From Azolla caroliniana (taxonomy: Eukaryota > Plantae > Polypodiophyta): a DNA stretch of 64,000 nt. Position numbers and translations under genes: made by a program. Each line of letters opens with the position of its first letter. Positions within the stretch are counted from its first letter, which is position 1. The DNA is taken from contig JBHGNT010000003.1 of NCBI GenBank assembly GCA_043228905.1, positions 17,980,001 through 18,044,000 of the forward strand, read 5' to 3'. Under the pieces are notes generated by a model. That model searched no databases. It worked only from the letters and a program-made list of their open reading frames with translations, and was not told the origin of the DNA. Below, one piece after another: positions 25,901-37,033 of the stretch.

Positions 25901-27722
25901 TTACACAATGGAGGCATTTTCTAGAGCCCTCTTCTCATCAAGTCATCGTATTCAATGATCACAAAAACCTTGCCTACTTTCAGAATGCTCGTGTGTTAAA
26001 TCGACGTCAAGCTTGGTGGTGCCCAATTCCTCACTCGTTTCGACTTCAAAATTACATATCGTCTGGGGAAGCAACAAGGGAAGGCAGATGCATTATCACG
26101 GCGCTCGTATCTAACACCGCGTCCCGGTGAGCCGGCTTTCGATAACCAAAAGCGAGTAATCATGGGACCGGCACGACTGCAAGCAATGCAGGTCTTCGGT
26201 ATGCCCTTGGATTCCCACGTTATCGATACCATACGTGAGGACTTGAAGACAGATGCTTTCGCTCAAGCCATTCTAGCACAAATTGATCCCTCTCGAGCAT
26301 CTTGTTCACAGTCGCAACAACTAGGTACGGACTATCGACAATTCAAATGTCATGATGGATTACTATTCTTTAAGAAACTCTTGTATGTTCCTAATGGTAC
26401 TTGTCGCCTTCAAGTAGTCCAAATTTGTCATGACACATATACAGCTGGGCATTTTGGTAGTACTAAAACACTAGTTTTAATACAATGATGATTTTGGTGG
26501 CCCCATATGCGACAATTTGTCGAAGATTTTGTTCAGACTTGTGATACATGTTGCAGAGCAAAAATTCCAAGGCATCATCCATATGGTTTATTAGAACCAT
26601 TACCAATTCCAAGGAAGCCATGACAATACATTGCCCTAGATTTCATCATAGATCTTTCGGTCTCTAAGGGATTCGATGCGATCTTAACAATAGTAGATCG
26701 ATATACAAAGATGGCCCATTTCCTACCATGTACTAAGGAAATCTCTAGTGAAGAAACCGCCGCAATTGTCATGCGTGAAGTATGTCGGCATCATGGCCTT
26801 CCCGATAGTATCATCAACGATCGTGGACCCCAGTTCGTCTCGAAGTTCTGGAAGCACCTCTTTAAAATGCTTAAGGTCACTTGTAACCTCTCCTCTGGCT
26901 ACCAACCGCAAACAGACGGCTAAGCAGAACGAACAAATCAAACATTGGAGCAGTATCTTCGGTGTTTTTTAAGCTATCATCAAGATGACTGGGCGGATAT
27001 TCTCCACTTCGTCGAATTTGTGTATAATAACTCTGTTCACTCATCAACAAAGGTGACACCATTTTATGCTTACACGAGCTATCACCCTCGGTGGTGTGTA
27101 TTTGAAACCCCAAAGTTACCTACAAATCCTTGTGCAGAGGATCGTTTGGAGCGGCTACGTAAGATACAAGCCGATTTATATACTCATCTACAACAAGCTC
27201 AACAAACACAGAAGGTTTACGCGGATCGTCATCGGCTTCCATCCAGTTTTGACATTGGAGATCGGGTGTGGCTACTATGACGACACATCAAGACTACTCG
27301 CCCATGCGAGAAGTTGGATTATCGACGATTAGGTCCTTTCCGTATTATCAAAAAGATTAATGATGTCGCTTTTCGTCTCGATCTACCTCCGCAGCTACGG
27401 ATACATCCGGTGTTCTCTCCTAGAACCCTATCAGGACAACACCATCCCAGGTCGGATTAAACCACCTCCACCCCCGATCGAACTTGAAGATGGACCTGAG
27501 TAAGAGGTTGCCGCCATCCTCGATTCCAAGATTGTTCGCAACAAGCTCTACTATTTAGTCGATTGGCTAGGATATAGTCCCAACGAGCGTACTTGGGAAC
27601 CGATAGAGAATGTGACCAATGCTCGTGCTCTTCTTGAAGACTTCCATTGTCAATATCCAGACAAACCGGGTCCTCAATCCAAAATGACTCGTGACACTCA
27701 TCACGTTTTAAAGGGGAGATAG

Positions 27723-28159
27723 TGTCATGATATGGCAAGACTCGAACCCATGACCTTATGTTACATGGGTCGAGCTCTTATCATTAGGCTATGTATTGTA
27801 ATACGAAGGATATTATTTTCATTTAAGTTTTACTATAGAAAATTGATGTATATTCCAGATTTCTTTAGAACATTCTAGAAACTTCATGAATACTCCTGAG
27901 AACACTATAAAAGGAGGCACAAGGCATTATTTCGAACCAAATCGATTCAACGCCAGTCTTAAGCCTCCTAGCTACTATTGTATATTCCCTTAACATAATA
28001 TATATCTTTTGTTATCCTCATTCTCTCTCTCTCACTCTTTCATTCTCTCGAGAGTTCTACACCTCCCTTAGTACTAAACCTCATCTTTTAGTACTAATTC
28101 CTTCTCTGTCTTAGTATTGTTCTTGACAATACTTCTTTGTCTTAGTACTGCTCTTGATA
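27723..28159 (+). repeat. Gypsy 3' LTR
   Basis: Starts TGTCATGA right after the PPT; direct repeat of 22485-22929. Confidence 0.93.
27868..27890. promoter_or_regulatory. Perfect heat-shock element (5 alternating nGAAn units) in the Gypsy LTR
   Basis: GAAcaTTCtaGAAacTTCatGAA just upstream of the TATA box; a 4-unit version is at 22630-22647 in the 5' LTR. Confidence 0.7.
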
Positions 28160-29787
28160 GATACAGAGTAAAGACACTCTGATCTGACAACGGAGGCGGA
28201 TACACCTCTAGAACCTTCAAGCAGTACCTTTCCGACAAAGGGATCCGACATCAAAAGACCGTTCCTTACACACCCATGTAGAAAGAAGTGGCAGAACGGA
28301 TAAACCGAATGATCCAGGAGAGGGTGATGGCAATGCTCCGACAAGCCGGAGTAAAGTTAGAGTTCTGGGCCGAGGCATTGCAGACGGTAGTATGCCTGAT
28401 AAATCGTCGCCGTTGAGAGCAATAAAGCTCAAGGTGCCACAGATATTATGGTCAGGCAAACAACCGACCTATTATAGGCTTTGTATATTCGGATGCAAAG
28501 CCTACACGTTCATGCCCAGGGAGAAAGAACCAAGTTGGCACCCCATGCAACGAAATGCATATTTCTCGATTATGGAACCAATGGGGACTTTGGCTACCGG
28601 CTATAGGACCTTGAGAACCGGAAACTAATCCGGAGCAGTGACATAGACTTCAACGAAGACTCTATCTTCTCTCAGCAGAAAATAGTTGGTAAAAAGGTAT
28701 CCTTCGAAGATGATAGAGTTGTCGCAGAAGGACCCACCCACCGGGCCGACTCAAAGATTCGACAAATAGTCGAACTTGAACAAGACAACAATACACCTAC
28801 CGCCTCCAAATCGGCAACAGGTCCAAGAGTCGAACTCGAAGACAAACTCAAATAGACCAGAGTTGGAAATGACAGAGTCACAAGAGATAGAGTCCAACCG
28901 ACCGAAACACCGGATATGACTCAAGGGATAAACAAATCTGAGTCGACCGAGTACCCAAGGGAGAACGGCATGACATTGTTGAACTCCCAACATGGGGGCG
29001 GGTCATCTAACAAGACTCCTGATACTACTGGTTCAACAAATGTCGTTTGACCAATAAAGCCGATCGAAGGATCTGAACCACTCATTTCAGCACCCAGGAG
29101 ATCTGGACGAGCTCGAAGGCCGACAAAGTTCTATCAACCGGGCCTCGACTATGTCAATTACACTGATGTAGGAGAACCAAGCACATATGAAGAAGCTATA
29201 GCCGCACCAGACTCCGAAACATGGCTACAAGCCATGAAATCCGAAATGGACTTGATTCACAAGAATCAGACATGGGAGTTGGTCGAACTACCAATTGGAA
29301 GAAAGCTGCTACCTTGCAAATGGGTTATTCGATATAAATATGTATCTGACTCAGAGAAATCCAAGTACTAAGCTCGGCTTGTCGTGAAAGGGTTCAAACA
29401 AGAACATGGGGTCAACTACGATGAGATATTCTCACTAGTAGTCAAGATGACCACCCTTAGACTCCTACTAGGAGTTGTGGTGATAGAAGACCTAGAGCTA
29501 GAGCAGCTAGATGTAAAGACGACATTTCTACACAGAGATATGGAAGAAGACATTTAAATGTCTCAACCGGCAGGCTTCATGATGACAGGGGAGGAAAGTC
29601 ACCTCATATGTTGACTGAAGAAAAACCTTTATGGCTTGAAACAAGCACCAAGGATGTGGTACTAGAAGTTCAACTCCAACATCAGACAGCTTGGATACCG
29701 TCGATTAGACTCCGACCCATGTATGTACATTCGGAAACTGGCTGACGAGTCTAGAATTTATCTGATCCTATATGTCGACGACATGCT

Positions 29788-30463
29788 CGCGACATCAAAG
29801 ACGGGAAGTCACCGAAAGAAGCTTGGGAAAATTTGAAGAAGATTTCCACTGCTGCCACCACGGCCCAGAAGTTGTAGCTACGACAATAGCTCAACAACAT
29901 CCGGCAAAGGGAGATGTCGGTTACCGACTACACCACCAAGATCAAGGAGATCTGCGATGCACTAGTTCCATCAATGTGACGGTGGATGAAGACGAGATGG
30001 TTCAGATCTTCCTTGTGGTCTAGCATATCGGTATGGGCCAAGTACCAAGAGTCGAAGAGTTGACAATGGAGAGTCGGTTGATTAACCATACATTGTTACT
30101 ATTATTATTATAACTATAATAATAATAACAATAATGATGTGTAGTAGGGGCTACACTTGTAAATAGCCCATATGATGCAAAACATAGAGTGTGAGTTGAA
30201 CAGAATAAGGGGTTAGCGATAGAGTGTGAGAGAGTGAGTCTGACGCTAGAGCCAAGCGAGGTTTGATGCTAAGAGCCTTGTGTGGCTGATACACTTTGTG
30301 TGGAGAGTGTTGTATTGTGATTTCATTTTGTATTCTCTCTGTATAGTGGAATCTTTGTTCCCGTGGTTTTTCCCCATTTAAGGTTTCCACGTAAAACGTT
30401 GTGCCCTGTGCATTTTGTGTATTTCAGCATATCTTTGCCGTGGATCGACGATTGATTCTCAAT
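29788..30463 (+). mobile_element. Copia family B gag fragment followed by a Copia-type LTR remnant
   Basis: 29788-30040 duplicates the gag segment at 30480-30740; 30041-30463 has GGTTTCCACGTAAA and an LTR-like end. Confidence 0.7.
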
Positions 30464-31177
30464 ACTATGAGCAAGATCGGATGCTCGACTACATCAAAGA
30501 CAAGAAGTCACCGAAAGAAGCTTGGGAAACTTTGAAGAAGCTTTTCGCCACTACCACCACGGCCCGGAAGTTGCAGCTCCGGCAAGAGCTCAACAACATC
30601 CGACAAAGGGACATGTCGGTTACCGACTACACCACCAAGATCAAGGAGATCTGCGATGCATTAGGTTCCATCAATGTGACGGTGGACGAAGGCGAAATGG
30701 TCAAGATCTGCCTCGTGGTCTAGCACATCGGTATGGGCCAATCCGGATAGTGATTTGCACTTGGTAAAAACCACCATCCTTCTTCAACCACGTGAGTGGG
30801 TCGAGGACCACTCAACCAGACAGTTGTATGTTGTACATAGAGGTGCATCAGCCCTGTGGGCGTGGAGGACGAGGTGAATGGACACGCAATAATGGCGACC
30901 GACAAGAGTAGAATCAGAGGCACGGAGATAGTGCCGACAATAGTTCCAGACCCTCCATGAGCAAGGGGAGTCAAAGTGGCGTTGGGAACCAGCAATCGAA
31001 GGCCGATACAAAATGCTGGTAATGTGGCAAGAAAGGCCACAAGGAAAGTGAGTGCTGGAAGAAGCGTGCTGATTCGGATAAATCCAAATATGGTAAGGCC
31101 AGACAGGAGAACCAACAACAATTGCACTATGTAGAAGGATCAGAAGGATCAGAAGGATCCGGAACCGGAAAGACCGG

Positions 31178-32858
31178 TGTCGTGAAGATTTTCGGCAATG
31201 GTGTGAAAATCGCATAAAACATACGAAATCGAGTATGAATCATATAAAACAATAATAGTGAAAATATTATTTTAAATATGTTTAATATCTTAGTACAAAA
31301 AGATGGAGGTCTGCAAGAGCTTTCGAATGCACCTTACTACATAAGAAACAGACATCTAAGCCTCAAGTTATGTGGGTAGGAAGTTTGCAAAGGAAAAGAG
31401 AAAAATAAAACTGTGAAATATCCCACATAGATAGGAAAAGTTTAGGCCCCAACTATATAAGCAGATTGAGATCCATCATGATTCATATATGTGTTAAGAG
31501 CACATAAGCAATAGTTGGACTGGAGCCACTTTTGTCTAGATGGACATATGTGGGTAAGTCGCCGGATATGGCTAAGTGCCCGAACCGGTTGGTGAAGAAA
31601 CTCAAACCGGTTGACGACAGAATCGGAAACCGGATGGAGCCAGCAATCGGTGACCGGATGCATCCGGCAATTGGTGATCGGACGGAACCGACAACCGGTG
31701 ATTGGCGACGGAACCGATGATCGACGATCCAGCGACTGAGGGTAACCGGCGGTAACTGGCGACAACGATCGACGGAGCCAGTGACGGAGCCGGTGAGCCG
31801 GCGACAACCGACGACGGAACCGGTGACGGAGCCGGCAATCGGTAACCGGATGCATCCGACAACCGGTGACCGAACGGTTCTGACAACTGGTGATCGGCGA
31901 CGGAACCGATGATCGATGATCTAGCAACCGACGGAGCCAGAGACGGAGCTAGTGACGGAGCCGATGGCAACCGACGGAGCCAGAGACGGAGCTAGTGACG
32001 GAGCCGATGGCAACCGACGGAGCTGGCGAGATCAACATCCGGCGACGGAGCCAGTGACGGAGCCGGTGAACACCGACGACGTAGCCGATGAGCCGGCGGC
32101 AACCGACGACGGAACCGGTGACGGAGCCAGTGAACACCGACAACGGAGCCGACGAGCCGGCGGCATCGAGCGAAGGAGCCGGTGACCGACAAGCGACTCA
32201 GGATGCGGACTGGGCTGGACCAAACGGATGCAAATAAGACGGATCGGTCGGGTCGGTTGATCGCGGTGCATGGTGTCTTAAAGATATTTGATCCAAAAGC
32301 CTAATAGTATTTTGTGCATAAAAGAAAAAGATGTAAGCAAGAATCGAACTTAACACCTCCAAGATAGGAAGCAATAGGCTTACCATTAAGCCAAACCATT
32401 TCTTTAGGGATTATATTTTTATCATTATAGCTTTACATGGAAATTTTCATGTGTGAGAGCTTAGATGATGACATGGCAAGCATGCATTGTGTGCATGTCT
32501 TGTACCCTCACATGCACCATATGCAGGGGGGCATCTATAAAAGAGTGGAGGAATCAAGCAAAAGGGGGGATTTTTATCAAAAAAACCTTTGTACTTTATA
32601 TCAAAATTAAAATTAAGAAGAAAATTCGTTATCCAATTGATGTATTAATCTTGTTCTTCAAATCTAAAGTCAAGAGTTCAATCTTAATCTCTCTCTCAAT
32701 CTAAAGTCAAGCGTTTTATCTTATCTCAATCTCTCTCTCTCTTTCAATCTATCTTAAATACTTTCTCGCTAAAGCTTGTGCGAACTTCGAATCCTTCCGG
32801 TCCAAAACCCTGGCGGTTCCGCCTCATGATCCGCACGTAGTGACGGATCTTCACGACA
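31178..32858 (+). mobile_element. 1.68-kb non-coding insert (probable solo LTR) with 4-bp TSD
   Basis: Perfect 12-bp inverted termini TGTCGTGAAGAT/ATCTTCACGACA; CCGG on both sides; the host Copia frame (ERPEKGVVETGD) is restored on removal; TATA at ~32536. Confidence 0.85.
31600..32200. repeat. GC-rich compound minisatellite
   Basis: Many copies of GACGGAGCCRGT, GGCAACCGACG and GAACCGGTGA motifs. Confidence 0.8.
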
Positions 32859-35254
32859 CCGGAAAAGGGAGTTGTCGAAACCGGAGACAACACTCCTCAC
32901 CCGATCGAGCATGTCAAAGAAGTCCTTTTGAGTCATGTCGGACAAAAGGGAATGTTGATGAATGTTTTACATGTTCTGACAATCACAAAGAACCTGGTGT
33001 CAGTCTGACAGATTGTTGACCAGGGGATGTAGGTGTGGTTTACTCAACTTGGGTGCTTCATTGAGGAAGAAGGTGCTTCATTGCGCAAGGGCACTGAGAC
33101 GGGAGGATGTTCATCCTCGACACCAACAACGTAGGCACCACTTTGTTCGCAAAAGGACAGAAAGTCGAGTCAGATATCGACTTCTGGCACAAGCGGATCG
33201 GCCACGTCAATTATCAAAGGCTTTAGGACATGTAGTTGAAACAGGTCGTGTTCGTACTGTCGAAATTCAGTGGCTAGAAGGCCCAAAATTGTGAAGCCTG
33301 CCAACTCGGGAAACAACACCGAATTCCATTCCCCACCAAAAGAAACTGGAGCCATAAGAAGCTCGACTTAATACATTCAGACGTATGGGGACTGGCAGAG
33401 AACGTTAGTCTTGGCATGAGTTGATATATTGTCTCCTTCATCGACGACTACAACCGGCACACGTGGATCTATCTCATTGAGAAGAAAAGCGATGTCTTCG
33501 ATTGTTTTTGGAACCTACAAAGTCTTGTCAAATAGGAAACAGAGAGAAATATCAAGTGGATACGGTCTGATGGAAGAAAAGAATATTTTTCCGGCCAATT
33601 CAACAATTATTTGTAACAGAAAGGAATTCGGAGGGAATTCAGTTGCCGATACATGCTAGAACAAAACGACATTGCTGAGAGGAAGAATCGGTCAATTGTG
33701 GAAGTGGCATGAGCAATGCTTGAGCAGAAAAGCATGCCTAAGTTCTACTTGCTGAGGCGGTTCAGACGACCGTCTACATCCAAAATCGGATCGGGAAGAA
33801 GGTGTCAGCACAGGAGCTGTATTTCGGGCGGAAGCCGAACTTAAGACACCTTAGGATATTCAGTAGCATAGCTTATGTGCGTGTACCGGATGAGAAACGG
33901 AGGAAGTTAGATCCGATGTTGGAGAAGTGCATACTAGTCGGCTATTCACATGAGAAAAAGAGGTATAAGTGTTATAAACCCCGGACAAAGACAGTTCGAG
34001 TAAGCCGAGATGTCAAATTTGACAAGTCGGCATCATGGTACTCTTTATTGATTCCGACCTCCGACCGGACTCAAGAAGATGAGGCTAGTGAGCCCGAAAC
34101 AATCCAGGTAGAAGAGGAAGAAGAGTTTGGTACTTTAGATGAGAGTCCAATTTCATTTCTGCTGAGTGGGCCGAACGAGCGACTGAGTCGGAACTGTCAC
34201 GACACAGTGGCATAAAATACATAGTTGGTGAGGATTGAACCTACTACCTCACTTCAACAAGATATCATGTCTAACCATTTGGATGGGAACACGTATTTGT
34301 ATATAGTAGTTTAGTACTATATATTCTAGCATATAATACATTCCAGAATATTTTAGTCTTTGGTATATTCTAGAAATATTCTATGGTGTATTCTAAATAG
34401 GTATATTCTAGAGGTATTTGTCAGGTATATTCTAGAGATATTTCTCGAGTATATTCTAGAGATATTCCATCTCAGAACTTGTATAAATACTTGTAACCTC
34501 CTTGGTTCCTTTCAAGGGATTCAACACTAGTCATTGACACATCAATCTAGTATTCTCGTTTCGCCCCATCTTGTCTCCTTGATCTTTATCTTTGTCTTCA
34601 TTCTATTTTGTTGTTCCTGAGTTTCTAGCCTCATCACTTCTAGCTCTAAGTTCACAACCCATTGTTCGTAGCGCCATCATTTGTGCTCCGTCCCTATCCA
34701 TAGTTGGTGTGTCTGTGACAGTTTGAATCCCTTCCAACTGGAAGCATCACCCACCTTGGTCATCGCCCTTGCTTCTAGAGTTACCATCGTCATAGTCCTT
34801 GCTTCTAGAGTTACCGTCATCAACATCCTTGTCTTCGACATCATCATTTTCAGCACCTCTTCGCCCAACCTTCATCGTCATCAACACTACTTGTTATCAT
34901 TTATAGGTATCATTTTGCATCACGATTTTGGTGAGGATTGCTTTTGATTGCTCACTTTCCCATTTCCGGTGGGGTCACAACCACTCACTTTCCTGGTGGG
35001 GATCAGATCATTGTTCGCTTGCACTCCATTTTCATTATAGTTCAAGTCTCCCGCCACTTTCCTTTGGTGAGGACCAATTTCAATCGCTCAACTTCTAGTT
35101 TCGGTGGGGGTCACAACCGCTCACTTTCCTAGTGGGGATCACATCAGTTTCTTGCTAGCGCTGCCGTTTTTGCTGTGTTTTCGGTCAACCTCAACTATTT
35201 ACCCTCTCATAATAGAAGAAGTCGAGTCGACCGCTTCACGTGCACTGTTTTGCC

Positions 35255-36005
35255 TGTTCGTGTTCTAGTTCTCGGTGAGGCCCGCATGGTCGCTCATGCC
35301 CGTCGGTGTTCCAGTTCCTTGTGAGAACCGCATATGGTCGCTCACATTCCAGTTCTCGGTGAGGACATCATGGTCGCTCACTCCCATTCATGTTCGAGTT
35401 CCCCATGAGGGCAACACATGGTCGCTCATGGTCGTTCGTGTTCGAGTTCCCGGTGAGGGCTACATGGTCACTCACGCCCGTTCGTGTTCGAGTTCCTGGT
35501 GAGGGCCGCATGGTCGTTCACTCCCATTCGTGTTCGAGTTCCTGGTAAGGGCCGCACATGGTTGCTCATGCTCGTTCGTGTTTGAGTTCATTGTGAGGGC
35601 CACATGGTCACTCACTCTCGTTTGTGTTCTAGTTCCCGGTGAGGGCCGCACATGGTCGCTCACTCCTGTTCGTGTTCCAATTCCCGGTGACAACCACATG
35701 GTTGCTCACTCTATTCGTGTTCCAGTTCCAGGAGAGGGCCGAACATGGTTGCTCACTTTATTCCTTTTCTAGTTCTTGGTGAGGACTGCATGGTTGCTTA
35801 CGCCCGTTCGTGTTCCCGATGAGAACTGCACATGGTCGCTCATGTCTGTTCGTGCTCCAGTTCTTGGTGAGGATCGCATGGTCACTCACGCTTGTTCGTG
35901 TTCCCGATGAGGACCGCACATGGTCGCTCACGGCCATCGGTGTTCCCGTCTCTGGTGAGGACCGCACATGGGCACTCATGTCTGTTGGTGCTCCAATTCC
36001 TGCTC
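35255..36005. repeat. Tandem array, ~16 units of ~46-48 bp
   Basis: Consensus approx. GTTCGTGTTCGAGTTCCCGGTGAGGGCCGCACATGGTCGCTCACGCCC; the ATGGT anchor recurs from 35287 to ~35968. Confidence 0.9.
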
Positions 36006-36578
36006 ACCCCTACACGACGCTTCCAAAAAGGTAGTCGTAAAGGGGAGGATAATGTCATGACACAGTGGCATAAAATACTTAGTTTGTAAGGATTGAACCT
36101 ACTACCTCACTTCAACAAGAAATCATGTCGAACCATTTGGATGTGAGCTTGTATTTGTATATAATAGTTTAGTACTATATATTCTAGCATATAGTACATT
36201 CCAGAATATTCTAGAAATATTCTATGGTGTATTCTAAGTAAGTATATTCTAGAGATATTTGTCGGGTATATTCTAGAGATATTTCATTTCAGAACTTGTA
36301 TAAATACTTGTAACCTCCTTGGTTCCTTTCAAGGTATTCAGCATCAATCATTGACACATCAATCTAGTATTCTCGTTTCCCCCCATCTTGTCTCCTTGAT
36401 CTTTATCATTGTCTTCATTCTCTTGTGTCATTTCTAGTGTCTTAAGTTCATCGTCTCGTCGCTCCCAACTTCCTGAGTTTCTAGCCTCATTGCATCTAGT
36501 TCCACGTTCGTAGCCTTATCAATTGTAGCCTGTCACTCATAGCCCCATCATCCATACTTCGTCCGAGTCCGCGGTTGG

Positions 36579-37033
36579 TGTTACGGGCATGACCATTTAA
36601 TATCCCGTGGTGAGAATTTACCGTAGTATTCTATACACATGGATAAGTGTGAGGGTTAAACGAGAGTGTAAAGAAGGGGAGGATTACTTTTAATCCTCAG
36701 GATTGAGACAACCCATTAGGTCAAGTGTGAACTTGCCTGGGGGCCTTGGGTATCGCTATAAATAAGAGGCCTAGCTACCTTCATTTGATCATCTTTTGAC
36801 TACATCGAGACTCTGCTCTTGTGGTGGGTCAACTCTTGTAGCGAGTGCGCCAGCACTAGGTACGACTCGACGCCACGACGGTGGTATGGGACGCCGATCG
36901 AGGCTCGAGTCCGTCTCAATCCCTTCGCTCGGGGGTGGTCGGGTGGATCGACACCCTTCTTTCTCTTTCTCCTTTCTATCTATCATTTGTTTATCCTTAT
37001 CTTAAGCTTACTTTAGTACTTAGATCTCTAATA
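36579..37033 (+). mobile_element. Solo LTR inserted in the 3' LTR of the non-autonomous element
   Basis: TGTTAC...CTAATA flanked by perfect TSD GTTGG; TATA CTATAAAT at ~36756. Confidence 0.85.

Larger units (their letters stand above)
22485..28159 (+). mobile_element. Full-length Ty3/Gypsy chromovirus (Tcn1-like), ORFs disrupted
   Basis: LTRs 22485-22929 and 27723-28159; TSD GATAA/GATAC; PPT AAAAGGGGAGATAG. Domains: gag (KFDGTRSQFRGF, YCGGPGHIAVNCP), protease LLDSGANSCF, RT YLDD, RNase H NYEIHDKELLAI, integrase, chromodomain (VAAILDSK..YYLVDWLGY..RTWEPIENV). Confidence 0.95.
20450..29787 (+). mobile_element. Decayed Ty1/Copia element (family A), split by a Gypsy insertion and 3'-truncated
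   Basis: PBS TAGTATCAGAGC at 20712; gag KFNGKNFALWK; zinc knuckle CTHCRKVG; protease WLLDSGATFH; integrase ENQS|RVKTL*SDNGG joined across the insert; RT motifs QLDVKT, LYGLKQAPR, YVDDML (~29770). LTR left boundary uncertain. Confidence 0.9.

Noticed and set aside
31442-32271. Several overlapping ORFs on both strands
   Set aside because: They are by-products of a GC-rich minisatellite lacking stop codons.
35255-36005. CRISPR-like array
   Set aside because: Units are homologous along their whole length, with no unique spacers and no cas genes, in a eukaryotic context.
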